A stretch of DNA of 64,000 nt from Heptranchias perlo (GCF_035084215.1 NC_090356.1:26784001-26848000); one strand, 5' to 3'. Counted from the stretch's first letter, positions 39,276 through 51,570 are shown. Numbers and translations: made by a program. Notes: generated from the sequence alone by a model not told the origin.

Positions 39276-40981
39276 GGGCGCTAAATTGGGCCGTGTAGCG
39301 CCCGTTGTTTCGGCACTACACGGCCTCTCTGACATCCAAAATGGCATCTTGGCTGTGCACTCATGTTTCCAGTGTGACGTGCGCCAGACGCCATCTTGGT
39401 ATAGGAGTTGGCGCAGGCTCAGATAATGAACACTGGAATCAAGTAAAGTGGGGAGAAAATGGATATAATCAGTGTGCAATGCTGATTTAAAGTGATGGAC
39501 ACTATTTTGGGACTTAACACTCAACTCAACGCACAGTCTTAACCCCAACCATCTGAACGTGTGTTAGAGTGCCTGGAGGACCCCCAGCAGTGCTATTTAA
39601 AGGGACCATGCAGGATTTACAGGTTAGTGGCTGGATTATTGCTTCTGGTTGCCGACACGTTTGTAACCATTTTTGGAAGTCTCCTAGACTTGAATACTAG
39701 GACGCGGGGACATAACCTAACATTTAGAGCCAGGGCCTGCAGGAGTGAAGTTAGGAAATGCTTCTACACGCAAAGGGTGGGAGACGTTTTGAACACTTCT
39801 GCAGATGGCGGTTGATGCTAGCTCCATTGTGAATGTTAAATCTGAGATTGATAGATTTCTGTGAACCAAGGTTATTAAGGGATATGGGGCTAAGGAGGGT
39901 ATATGGAGTTAGGTCACAGGTCCACCATGATCTCACTGAATGGTTGGACAGGCTCAAGGGGCTAAATGCCACTGACACTTGCTGCATCCTATTATGCACC
40001 ACCTTCTCCTGCAAGAAAGCGGGACGTGTGTCTGGGTGATGTGCCTGTCATGGTTGAATAGCTGCCAGTGTGTGTGGCCTGTGAGTTGTGGGTGAGTGGC
40101 TTGAAGCAGTGGTAATGTATAAGGTTGAGAGGAAGCATCTGGTTGGAAGAGTTGAGTACTGATAGAAAGAGTTTGTTGGTATGTGGGTGATGGGGGGTGT
40201 GGTGCATGGTGCAGTTGGTAGGAGACGCCACTTAACAGTTGACCTCACTCACCTTGACGACTCGTGTCAAAGCATTGAACTTCTTCCTGCACTGCATCCA
40301 TGTTCGTGATGCAATGCGCCTGGCATTGATTTCGTCCCCCGCTGCCTCCCACTGCCTTTTGGGTATATGTCTGGAGGGTCTCTTGCCACCCCCCCCCCTC
40401 CCCTCCCCTCCACCACCACCCCTGCAGATATAGGATGTCACTCCTTCTGTCCGCCTCTTGCATCAAGGCCTCTAGTGCATCAGCAGAGAACCTTGGTGCG
40501 TGCACTCTCACAGGCCTGGTACCAACTCAGATCGGCAGATTGGTGAGGTCTGGCGTGCAGATTGGAGGATGCGGGGTTTAGTAGTGCACAACCTTTATTC
40601 AACATTTTAACATAACTCATCAGTATGTAAACACAGGGATGGGACCTGCATCTGTGTTTTACGTGTGTAATGTCTGATCACTGTTCAGACTCTGTGCAGA
40701 CAGTAAATAGACTGTTATTTTCAGCAAATAACAGGTACCAGCCTCCTTTAAGGAATTTCTAAGAAACATCCTCCCTTTAAGAGATTGGGCTCCCCCTGCT
40801 GGTGGAAAGTGTGAATTGCATTGATTCCACGTGCAAAGCCCGGAATGGAACACTGATTGCAGGTTAGTACTCGGGCCGGCCGAATCTAGTGTCCTGCCTG
40901 TGCAGGGGTCATTGGGCACTGGGTAATAGCGCATCATGCTACCCGCGCCCAAAAACGGCCCTTATCCAATTTTTATTCCCC
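39276..40981 (-). mobile_element. Non-autonomous Harbinger element carrying Myb/SANT-like exon 1 and an embedded CR1 3' end (~39690-39985)
   Basis: Ends GGGCGCTAAATTGG / CCAATTTTTATTCCCC. Minus-strand RVHAPRFSADALEALMQE...QWEAAGDEIN..RTWMQCRKKFNALTRVVK followed by a GTGAGT donor. Confidence 0.75.
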
Positions 40982-41109
40982 TAAATCTTTTAAATCTCTT
41001 GAAGAAAATTAAGTGCCAAATGTGACTGGCAAAATGTGCGGTCTCCAATCAGATCAAATGCCTCAAAATAACTACTCACGATTGAAATTATTGGACAAGC
41101 CTCGCCATT

Positions 41110-41278
41110 ACTCCCCCCCTCATCCCCTCTCCTCCTCTCCTCTCCTCCTCGCCCTCTCCTCCTCCCCTTCTCCTCCCCTCCACCTCTTCTCCTCCCCTCC
41201 CCTCCCCCACTCCTCTTTCCCCTCTCCTCCCCCTCCTCTCCTTCTTCCCTTCCCTTCTCCTCTCCTCCTCCCCTGACT
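41110..41278. repeat. Polypyrimidine (CT-rich) low-complexity tract
   Basis: Almost only C and T. Confidence 0.9.
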
Positions 41279-41432
41279 CCTGCTGAGGCACAGTTCTACA
41301 GGTGCTGGACACCCTACGATACCTCATCCAAATATCCATTCTTCTATATGAGATTCGACAGTGTCACCGAGCCATTACACCATAGGGGCGTCGCATGGGA
41401 CACTCGCCCTGCCCTCACTTCATATCCACACA

Positions 41433-41800
41433 TTTAAAGGGAGATTTAATAGAGGTGTTCAAAATTATGAGGGGTTTTGATAGAGTAAATAAGAAGAAAC
41501 TGTTTCCACTAACGGGAGGGTCAGTAACCAGTGGACACAGATTTAAGATAATTGGTAAAGGAACCAAAGGGGGGATGAGGAGAATTTTTTTGTGCAGTGC
41601 GTTGTTATGATCTGGAATGCGCTGCCAGATTCAATAGTAACTTTCAAAAGGGAATTAGATAAATACTTGAAAAGGAAAAGAACTGCAGGGCTATGGGGAA
41701 AGAGCAGGGGAGTGGGGCTAATTAGATAGCTCTTTCAAACAGCAGGCACAAGCACAATGGGCCCAATGGCCTTCTTCTGTGCCATAAGATTCTACGATTC
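41433..41800 (+). mobile_element. CR1 LINE 3' fragment
   Basis: LKGDLIEVFKIMRGFDRV...SGHRFKI plus CR1 3' UTR. Confidence 0.85.
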
Positions 41801-42571
41801 GATGATATCTACACTCTTTCCAGCAGCTGTCACTGCATATAAATCAAGGGTCGGGATTTTTCCCCTCCACAGATTGGGGCACTGATAACAATTGCAGTAT
41901 CCTTACTGCCGACCTAGCTCGGATCAGCTAACTCAACACACATCAAGGACCAAACCTGGCACCTTCCTGCTCCCAATGGGAATGTGATTGCCAGCTGAGC
42001 CAATGGGGAAAATGAAGCAGTAGATCCCCGCCATGTGCCAGTGAGCTGCCTGGCCCCACCTCCTTTAAGGCTGGTGGAAGCTATAAGACGAAGCCACGGT
42101 AATTCTATTCAGAAAAACGCACTGCGTTTCAGCAAAACCAAATCAACAAATGCCTCAACAACTCAGCCTTTCCAATGACCTACGGGAAATTCAGATCTCT
42201 GAATGTGAAAATCCACAATAATGCAAGCCCCCAATCTTAATCCCATGGAATGCTTCAGAACCAAGTTCCATCCTTTCATCTACATCAAAGAACACTGCGA
42301 CAACTGTCATGAAACTTACAGTGCCTTGCAGTGTTCTAATCCTCATGAAATATTTTTCTCAACTATTGCCTGATCTATTATTTATTATATAAACAAATGT
42401 TCAAGTTCCTTTCGATTTACTTTCACATTTGTTTACCTGTTTTCTTTCCTTTCCATTGAGCCTTTGAGTCCCTTTCATCCTTTCTATAATCTCTTTTATT
42501 AAACTGATTTCTTTTTCTTTCAACAGTTGATGGGCTTTAAAGTGCAAGCTTATCACCACCTCATATTGGTC

Positions 42572-43880
42572 TCTGTTATACCACTCAGTGTTATATCGCT
42601 CAGTGTTATACCACTCAGTGTTATACCGCTCAGTGTTATACCACTCAGTGTTATACCGTTCCCTGTTATACCACTCAGTGTTATACCGCTCAGTGTTATA
42701 CCACTCAGTGTTATACCACTCAGTGTTATACCGCTCAGTGTTATACCGTTCCCTGTTATACCACTCAGTGTTATATCGCTCAGTGTTATACCACTCAGTG
42801 TTATATCGCTCACTGTTATACCACTCAGTGTTATACCACTCAGTGTTATATCGCTCACTGTTATACCACTCAGTGTTATACCACTCAGTGTTATACCACT
42901 CAGTGTTATATCGCTCACTGTTATATCGCTCAGTGTTATACCACTCAGTGTTATACCACTCAGTGTTATATCGCTCAGTGTTATACCACTCAGTGTTATA
43001 CCACTCAGTGTTATATCGCTCAGTGTTATATCGCTCAGTGTTATACCGCTCAGTGTTATATCGCTCAGTGTTATATCACTCAGTGTTATATCGCTCAGTG
43101 TTATATCACTCAGTGTTATATCGCTCAGTGTTATATCACTCAGTGTTATATCGCTCAGTGTTATACCACTCAGTGTTATATCACTCAGTGTTATATCGCT
43201 CAGTGTTATACCACTCAGTGTTATACCACTCAGTGTTATATCGCTCAGTGTTATATCGCTCAGTGTTATATCACTCAGTGTTATATCGCTCAGTGTTATA
43301 CCACTCAGTGTTATACCACTCAGTGTTATATCGCTCAGTGTTATATCGCTCAGTGTTATACCACTCAGTGTTATACCACTCAGTGTTATATCACTCAGTG
43401 TTATATCGCTCAGTGTTATACCACTCAGTGTTATATCACTCAGTGTTATATCGCTCAGTGTTATATCACTCAGTGTTATATCGCTCAGTGTTATATCACT
43501 CAGTGTTATATCGCTCAGTGTTATATCGCTCCCTGTTAGATCGCTCAGTGTTATATCGCTCAGTGTTATACCACTCAGTGTTATACCACTCAGTGTTATA
43601 CCACTCAGTGTTATAACGCTCCCTGTTATACCACTCAGTGTTATATTGCTCCCTGTTATTCTGCTCCCTGCTATAACCCTCCCTGTTATACCGCTCCCTG
43701 TTATACCATTCAGTATTATATCGCTCCCTGTTATATCGCTCCCTGGTATATCGCTCAGTGTTATATCGCTCCCTGTTATACCATTCAGTATTATATCCCT
43801 CCCTGTTATAACCCTCCCTGTTATAACCCTCCCTGTTATATCGCTGCTTGTTATGCAGTTCCCTGTTATACCGCTCAGCG
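42572..43880. repeat. 15-bp minisatellite (CCACTCAGTGTTATA / TCGCTCAGTGTTATA), ~87 copies
   Basis: Directly visible; degenerates at the 3' end. Confidence 0.97.
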
Positions 43881-44375
43881 TTGTACTGCCGGAGAACTGG
43901 AGAGTTCGAGACCAGTTCTGGAGCTGGATAAGGTAACAGAGGGGCAAGGTCATAGAGGGAATTAAGAACAAGGAGAGGATTCTTAAATTTGAAGTATTGC
44001 TAGATCAGTAGCCAATATAGATTAGCAAGGATAGTGGAGACGGACCTAACAAGATTTGGTGCGGAATACAACACGAGCAGCATAGTTACATACAAACTAC
44101 AGTTTGTGGAGGGAAGATTGACAAAGAAAGCCTGAATGTGTCAAAAACATGAATGAGGGGATCAGCAGTAGATGGGCTGAGGTAGGGGTGGAGGCAGGAA
44201 TCAGTGCAGAAATGGAATTAGGCAGTGTTTTTGATGGAGAGGATATGGTGACAAAATGCAGCTCACGAACAGGACACAGGTTGTGAATATTCTCATTAAG
44301 GCTTGCACTGTGGCAGGGGAGGTTGTGAGAATCAGTGACGGGGCAACAGAGTCTGTGGCAGGGACCAAAGACTAT

Positions 44376-44946
44376 GGGGTAGAAATTTGTATGCTTTGAA
44401 CCCGTTTTTTTTTGGGCGTACAATGGACGTAAAGCATACACTTTAGCCATGGGACGGTCTGCGCCCAATCTGCGCAGGCATTGGTCCCGCTGCTAAATTT
44501 GCAGGCCCATTTTTAGGTGTCTTGGGCAGACAACTAAAGCAGGCGTTGGGGCCCTTGAATATGTTAGTGAAGGACCCCTTTAAAAAATGAGTTGCCAACG
44601 AGCAGGGCAGGCAGGATTCTCCAGCTGCCCCCCCGGCTGCCAAATAAGGTAAGTTTAATTTTTTTAAAAACAAATCCTTTCTGTGGAGCCAGGAGGAGCA
44701 GGAGTCCTCCCCCAATTCCACATGCATCGTGATTGGCCCCCTTCCCGAGTTCAATCCAATCCCCTGTATCGGGACCTGAGGGTTGCTGCCGGAGTGGGGG
44801 GGGCCCTAAATTGTTTTTTGTCGTCGGACGAGCTGTGGAGGCATGATCAACCCCGAATGTACAGTTTAGGCATGAGGGCCAACTTCTATCAATGCTCGGG
44901 CCTGTATGTTCAAGCCCAAAAGCAGGCCCAGAATAATTTCTACCCC
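44376..44946. mobile_element. Harbinger-type MITE with perfect 12-bp TIRs
   Basis: GGGGTAGAAATT (44376-87) / AATTTCTACCCC (44935-46). Left flank is TAT; the right flank is obscured by a C-run. Confidence 0.8.
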
Positions 44947-45159
44947 CCCCCCCCCCACCCACCCCGGCTTCAGTCTTGCTGATATTTAGATAAAGGAAGT
45001 GAAAAGAAAGAAAAAGAAAGACAAATGTGCCTTTCATGACCTCAGGACATCCCAAAGTGGTTTACAGCCAATGAAGTGCTTCTTGAAGTGTAGTCACTGT
45101 TGTTATGTAGGAAGGCTCATCGGAGACTGGTTGTTATAGGGAAGGGGTCAAGAGACGTG

Positions 45160-45450
45160 GTGGAGGGTCATGAGAGGTGATGGAGGAGTCATGAGAGGTG
45201 ATGGAGGAGTCATGAGAGGTGATGGAGGGGTCATGAGAGGTGTTGGAGGGGTCATGAGAGGTGATGGAGGGGTCATGAGAGGTGTTGGAGGGGTCATGAG
45301 AGGTGATGGAGGGGTCATGAGAGGTGATGGAGGGGTCATGAGAGGTGATGGAGGGGTCATGAGAGGTGTTGGAGGGGTCATGAGAGGTGATGGAGGAGTC
45401 ATGAGAGGTGTTGGAGGGGTCATGAGAGGTGATGGAGGGGTCATGAGAGT
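45160..45450. repeat. 21-bp minisatellite (GTCATGAGAGGTGATGGAGGG), ~14 copies, inside L2
   Basis: Directly visible. Confidence 0.95.
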
Positions 45451-46231
45451 TGGCAGAGGGGTAAAGCTGAGAGTCATTAACGCATAACCTGACCCAATGT
45501 CTATGGATGATGTCTCCAAGGGGACACATGTAAATGATGAATAGAAGGGGGCCAAGAATGATTCTTTGGAGGACTCCAGAGGTAAAGATCATTGATGGAG
45601 ATGCTTTGGCTACAATCAGATAACTACGAGTGGAACCAATGAGGGACAGTCCCATCAAAATATATAATGCTGGAAAGGCATTGGAGGAGGATGGTGTGGT
45701 CAACCATGTTGAAAGCTGTGGAGAGGTCAAGGGGAATGAAGCGAGGTAGTGCATCATGGTCACAGTCACAGAGTATGCCATTTTGGTGCCGTGGGGTGGG
45801 GACAGAAACTGGACTGGAGGGATTCAAACAGGGAGTTGCGGGTAGATGGGCACAATGCTGGGAGAGAACAACATGTTCAAGGACCTTGAATAAGAAAGGA
45901 AGTTTGGAGATATAGATACTTAGCAAGAACAGAAGGATCATAGGAGGATTTTTTGAGGAGGGGGGTTGATGATGGTGGATTTGAAAAGGGTGGGACAATA
46001 CCAGATGAGAGGGAACCATTTACAATGTCAGATGGCATGGTGGCAAGGAAGTGGAGCTGGGTGAACATGAGTTTAGTGGGAATGGGGGCATGGGTGCAAA
46101 AGAAGGGTCTCATGGACAAAGTGAGCTTAGAGAGGGCAGGGAAGGGGAAATGGGAGAGAAACCAGCTATCGGGGCTGGGATGGGAGGAGGACTGAGGGGA
46201 GGGCTGACTAAAGGGGACAATGGATAGGAGG

Positions 46232-46590
46232 GGAGGAACATAGGAACAGGAGTAGGCCATTCAGCCCCTCGAGCCTGTTCCGCCATTCAATGAAATCACA
46301 GCTGATCTGTATCCTAGCTCCATTCACCCGCCTTGGCTCCATATCCCATAATACTCATGGCTAGCAAAAATCTATCGATCTCAGAATTAAAATGATTAAT
46401 TGATCCAGCATTTACTGCTTTGCGTATGGGAGAGAGTTCCACACTTCTGCCACCCTTTGTGTGAAGATGTATTTCCTAACATCTCTCCTGAATGGCCTGG
46501 CTCTGATTTTAAGGTTATATCCCCTTGTCCTAGACTCTCCCACCAGCGGAGAAAGTTTCTCTCTATCTACCCTATCAATTCCTTTCAAAT
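46232..46590 (-). mobile_element. CR1 LINE 3' fragment
   Basis: GGAACATAGGAACAGGAGTAGGCCATTCAGCCC tail; TRGYNLKI...FTQRVAEVWNSLP. Confidence 0.85.
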
Positions 46591-48201
46591 TGAGGAGGAA
46601 GCAGAGGCATCTGAACAGATGTTTTTGATCTTGCTGGGAGGACGGGATCGGTGAATTTACATAACGCGTGCGCTCCCATTTTGCAAAGCTCCGCATCAGG
46701 AGCACTACATCGTAAAATTAACCCCATGGTGTGTTATGCAGAAAGTACTGGCCTTTACCCATGTCACTGGTGCTGTGACAACCACCCTATGACTGGGTGA
46801 AATCAGACCACCCACAGCCACAACACTTTGCTGAACCACAATGGAAATTCCTCATTTCTTTCTGTTTTTCTGCTTCTTTGCACGACGGTAATATGCGAAT
46901 TTCGCTGCATAAGCAGTTCCTTCCCCTTCAATTACTTTCCGGTGTTCAATCACTTTGCCTGAAGTTGGTGGGAGAACCAGAAGGTCTTCTTGTCAAAATG
47001 AATAATGTACATATTGTACTAGATATGGTTACGTGACAAAACAGGGCTGTTTTTGTTCCACTCGGTTAGCGTCTTTCACCATTACAAACATCCAACATCT
47101 GCACCAGATCCCAGATCAAGGGCTTTGTCTCTCATTTATCTCAACATGTGCATATTTCAGCTGTTATTTCATTAACCCTCAAAACTTGTTGTCACCCTGA
47201 TTTTTTATTTCTGCTCACCCTCCTTTATTCTGCAGGAGTTGTTGGTGGAAATCGCGCCCCCCCCCACCAAACCCATCATTGGTGCGGCTGTGGCCTTCGT
47301 CCAAACCTTGCTCCCACCCCCGCCAACCAACTGGGCATCACGAGGTACAATTTATAGAAGTGATCAAGTGCTCATGGGTAGCACATCTCGAGAAATCCTA
47401 GGTGGGCGAGCTGTAAATTTTCCATTCGTTTCGGACACAAGTTGCTGAGATGCTCGTCCCACGAGTGATGCTCACCCCGGGAATCACTCCTGATTGGGCA
47501 AGTTAATATTCCGCCCACCCATGACAGAATGAGGCCAGAGCGGTTTTAACTGCCGGGTCTTATTAAGAAGCCACTGGCCGACTTCCCACCAAGTGAAAAG
47601 GGAAAGTGAAAATTGGGCAGCTCACTGGCACTCAGTTAAATGTGGGGACGGGGCACCTCGCTGTAGGGAAGACGTGGCGGAGGGGCGGCAGTCCAGGGCA
47701 GGGGGGGTCTAAACTTTTCTTGTGAGGCCTGGAGGAGCACTCCTTCTCATCCTGAACCCACTAAGGAAAGTAGTGGGTCCTCGAAGGTCCTCGTCTGCTT
47801 CCGAGCCTCTTCCGACAGGCCTTCGCCCAAAGGATTCCCGGCTCAAGCCGGAGTTAAAATTGGAGTCGGGGCCCGACGACGTCATCAGACCCCAATCTGC
47901 ATATTTAATGAAGGACCCCACCCGGCTTTGGGTGGCCAGCTTCGCCGCCTGTCCAAAAGTGCCAGTAAAAATGGGATCCGGGCGGGGCATCGGCGGGTAA
48001 GTGACCCGGTGGTTTTTAACTGCTTACCGGCCCGGTTTTCATGGGCAGGTAGGGTTAAAATCCACCCCCACATTTCAAACATCACGGGATTAATTTGAAC
48101 CTAACCCGCCCGGCGGGAAACAGGCGAGTTCAGTTCAACCGTGTTTTACACCCCACCCGATTTTACTGTCAATTGACTTCAATGGAGAGGTCAGACATCT
48201 G

Positions 48202-49119
48202 GGCCTAAATTTTAATCTGGAGCCGGGAAGACGACGGGGTTGGGGGGGGGGGGATTTCCTGACAGGAAACCCGGAAGTACGGAAGGATGTCCTTATGATG
48301 TTGACATAAGGACATTTTTTTTTGACGGTTTCCCGCCTGACAGGCCGGCCTGATTGACAGGCTGGCCTCATCGGACGAGAGAAGAGGAAGGAAGAGGATG
48401 CGAGAAGGTAAGTCTTAGATGGTGGGGGGGAGACAGTCATGGAGGGGGGGTCATCGGGAGTCATCAGGGTGTCAGGGTCAGGGGTTACCGGCGGGGGGGG
48501 GGGGGCGATCGGGGTCGGGGATCACCGGGGGAGTTGGGAGTCAGGGGAGTCATCGGGAGTCAGGGTTGGGAGTCATGTGGGGGTCGGGATCGGGAATGAT
48601 GGGGGAGTCGAGGGTCATCGGGGATCGGCGGCGGGAGTCATGAGTGTGGTCAGGGTCATCAGGGGTCGGGGTTCAGAGTCATCGGGGAGTCACAGATTGT
48701 GTGGGGGTCGGAGATCGTGGAGGGGTGGTCGGAGATCATACGGGGGGAGTCGGAGATCGTGGGGTGGGAGTCGCTGCAGGTAGGCCTGTAGGGCCTGGGG
48801 GGAGCAATCCCGCTCCTCCGGACCCACAAGCTGCGCTATAAAGGCACTTACCTGAAGTTTCGGGCCTTCTCGCCTCCTCTCACGTGGCGTGAAGTAAAAG
48901 GCCCGGGAATCCCAGCCCCGGGGCTAAAAACAAAAAATCTGTTAAAATGGAGGCCCGCAGCCTCCTTGAAAGCGGGTTAGTTGCCTGCCCCTTATCCCGC
49001 CTCCATTGAAACCGGAAATGGGCGGGTTGGAGGCAGGTTAGGGGCGGATTTTAGATTTTAAAAATTTTTACTGCAACCCGCCCCCAACCCACCCATTTTT
49101 CCGAGTTAAAATCATGCCC
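48202..49119. mobile_element. Harbinger-type non-autonomous element with internal G-rich (GGGGTCATC-like) repeat
   Basis: TIRs GGCCTAAATTTTAA / TTAAAATCATGCCC; flanks AGACAT-CTG and CAG-ATGTCA. Confidence 0.7.
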
Positions 49120-49871
49120 CAGATGTCACTCTTCAGAGGTCACATTTCAAAGGTCACATATCAAAGGTCGCACTTCAGAGGTCATACTTCAGATGTCAGA
49201 TGTGTTTCAGACTCAAAACAATCTTTAAAGAAAGTGTATAAAAATGAAAACCTATCATTTCCCGCTAATGCCAATCTGCAGGGACAGTTCTCGATCTCTA
49301 TGATGTCCCTAAGAGGAATTAACCTCTCATTAACCTAAGAATGTAACTATTTACAGCAATTATACCTAGTGGCCTTAAAAGGAAAGGCCATGTTACATAC
49401 AGCACCGCGTTAGTAGAATATTGCATTGTGTATAACGCGCTGTGTTGTGTATAATATCCTTATAAAATGGTTCATCCTTCAACCTGCTATGAGCAACACC
49501 ATGGGAGATCTGCTAGTGCTTAGAAAAAGATTCAGCCTTTTAACGAAAACAAATTAGTTCAAGATTGCATGTTGATTTCTAAATGATCATTACCTTTGAT
49601 TTCTGTAAATGATTAATTTAGACACATTTTTGTCAGAGAACCGACTTTATTGGCATACTGAAGAAACGGAATTGATCACCAAATGGATTGTCAGTGATGT
49701 GACAGCCTGTTTGACTTAGAAACACCGAGGGGCTGAAAGGAGACAGTTGACAGTCATGCCGCTGTTAAAAACTTTTTGCTGGTTTTGTTGGAAGTGTAAA
49801 TCTTCCATACTGACTTAAAGGAATGGTGATGCCAATCCTAGAGCTCAGCAGGCATTGCAACAGCACCAACT

Positions 49872-50245
49872 TACATTCTGACAGGGCTAGACAGACTGGA
49901 TGCAGGGAGGATGTTTCCCCTGGCTGGAGGGTCCAGAACGAGGGGCCGCAGTCTCAGGATACGGGGTAGGACATTTAGGACTGAGATGAGGAGAAATTTC
50001 TTCATTCAGAGGGTGGTGAACCAGTGGAATTCTCTACCCCAGAAGGCTGTGGAGGCCAAGTCACTGAATATATTTAAGAAGGAGCTAGATAGATTTCTAG
50101 ACACAAAAGGCATCAAGGGGTATGGGGAGAGAGGGGGAATATGGTATTGAGATAAAGGTTCAGCCATGATCATATTGAATGGCGGAGCAGGCTCGAAGGG
50201 CCGAATGGCCTACTCCTGCTCCTATTTTCTATGTTTCTATGTTTA
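49872..50245 (+). mobile_element. CR1 LINE 3' fragment
   Basis: MFPLAGGSRTRGRSLRI...FIQRVVNQWNSLP; (TTTCTATG)n tail. Confidence 0.9.
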
Positions 50246-50249
50246 TATG

Positions 50250-50830
50250 GCACCTTTAGAAAATTGTCCCAAGGCATTTCACAGAGGCATAATGAAGAAA
50301 ATGGATGCTGAGCCAGAGAAGGAGATATTAGGAGGGGTGAGCAAAAGCTTGGTCCAACAAGTGGGATTTAAGCAGAGTCCTGAAGTATAAAAATTTTAGG
50401 GAGGGAGGTCTAGAGCATTGGGCCTATGCGGCTAAAGACATGGCCACCAACGGTAGAGCAAAGAGAGAGAATTGCACAAGAGGCTGGAGTCGGGGATTGA
50501 AGAGTTTGGGGTTGGAGGTTGTAGGTTTGGAGAAGGTTACAAAGATTGGGAGGGGGCAAGGTCATAGAGGAATTTAAACAATTTTTTTAATTTGAGATGC
50601 TAGGGGGATTGGGAGCCAATGTCAGTCAGCAGGGAGAGGGTTAGGAACATAGGAACAGGAGTAGGCCATTCAGCCCCTCGGGTTGATGGGCAAGTGGGCC
50701 GTGTGCAGGATAGGATATGATCAGCAAAGTTTTGAATGAGCTAAAATGTACCTATAGCATAGAATAAGTGGCCAACCGGCAGCAAATTGCAGTAATCGAT
50801 TCTGAGGGTGACAAAGACATGTATGAGGCA
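50250..50830 (-). mobile_element. Old L2 3' fragment
   Basis: Similar to 28720-28915 and 43935-44150. Confidence 0.6.
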
Positions 50831-50965
50831 TGTATGGTAGAATAGGTGACTTGATGCCTACAGTGATTGTCAATAAGGTAAGCTGAGTTCAAATCCCAGC
50901 CTGGGCATTTGGTTCCTTGGGAAGTATGCTATTTGCCAATCTTAGTTGGGTCATCTGAGGAAAAT

Positions 50966-51108
50966 TGATGTGGAGATGCCGGTGATGGACTGGGGTTGAT
51001 AAATGTAAAGAATCTTACAACACCAGGTTATAGTCCAACAGTTTTATTTGAAAATCGCAATCTCCGAAAGCTTGTGATTTTCAAATAAAACTGTTGGACT
51101 ATAACCTG
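50966..51108. mobile_element. Penelope-like fold-back remnant flanked by a 14-bp direct repeat
   Basis: Inverted arms CAGGTTATAGTCCAACAGTTTTATTTGAAAATC / GATTTTCAAATAAAACTGTTGGACTATAACCTG; CTGAGGAAAATTGA at 50955-68 and 51106-19. Confidence 0.75.
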
Positions 51109-51135
51109 AGGAAAATTGAGACCACCATTCTTGTA

Positions 51136-51570
51136 ACATAGAATCATGGAATCATACAGCACAGAAGGAGGCCATTCGGTCCATCGTGCCTGTGCTGGCT
51201 CTATGAAAGAACTATCCAATTAGTCCCACTACCCTGCTCTTTCCCCATAGCCCTGCAAACTTTTCCTTTTTATGTATATATCCAATTACTATTGAATCTG
51301 CTTCCACCACCTTTTCAGGCAGTGCATTCCAGATCATAATAAATCGCTGCATAAAAAAATTCTTCTCATCTCCCCCCTGATCTTTTGCCAATTATCTTAA
51401 ATCTGTGTCCTCTGGTTACCGACCCATCAGCCAGTGGAAACAGTTTCTCTTTATTTACTCTATCAAAACCCCTCATAATTTTGAACACCTCAATTAACTC
51501 TCCCCTTAACCTTCTCTGCTCTCAGGAGAGCAATCCCAGCTCCTCTAGTCTCTCCACATAACTGAAGTTA
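51136..51570 (-). mobile_element. CR1 LINE 3' fragment
   Basis: (CATAGAAT) tail; reverse complement of the 9100-9490 family. Confidence 0.85.

Larger units (their letters stand above)
43935..46230 (-). mobile_element. Old L2 LINE, interrupted by a MITE, a SINE tail and a minisatellite
   Basis: Translations ISKLPFLFKVLEHVV, LDLSTAFNMVDHTILL, SGVLQRIILGPLLFIIY, NISKTEA/IVFGP. Confidence 0.85.

Noticed and set aside
12415-43880. V(D)J recombination signal similarity of CACTG/CAGTG motifs
   Set aside because: No CACAGTG heptamer with 12/23 spacer and nonamer was seen, and no Ig/TCR segments.
47236-47345. Plus-strand exon candidate after a strong acceptor
   Set aside because: Weak donor, overlaps the start of a GC-rich transposon-like segment, and no recognisable protein in any frame.
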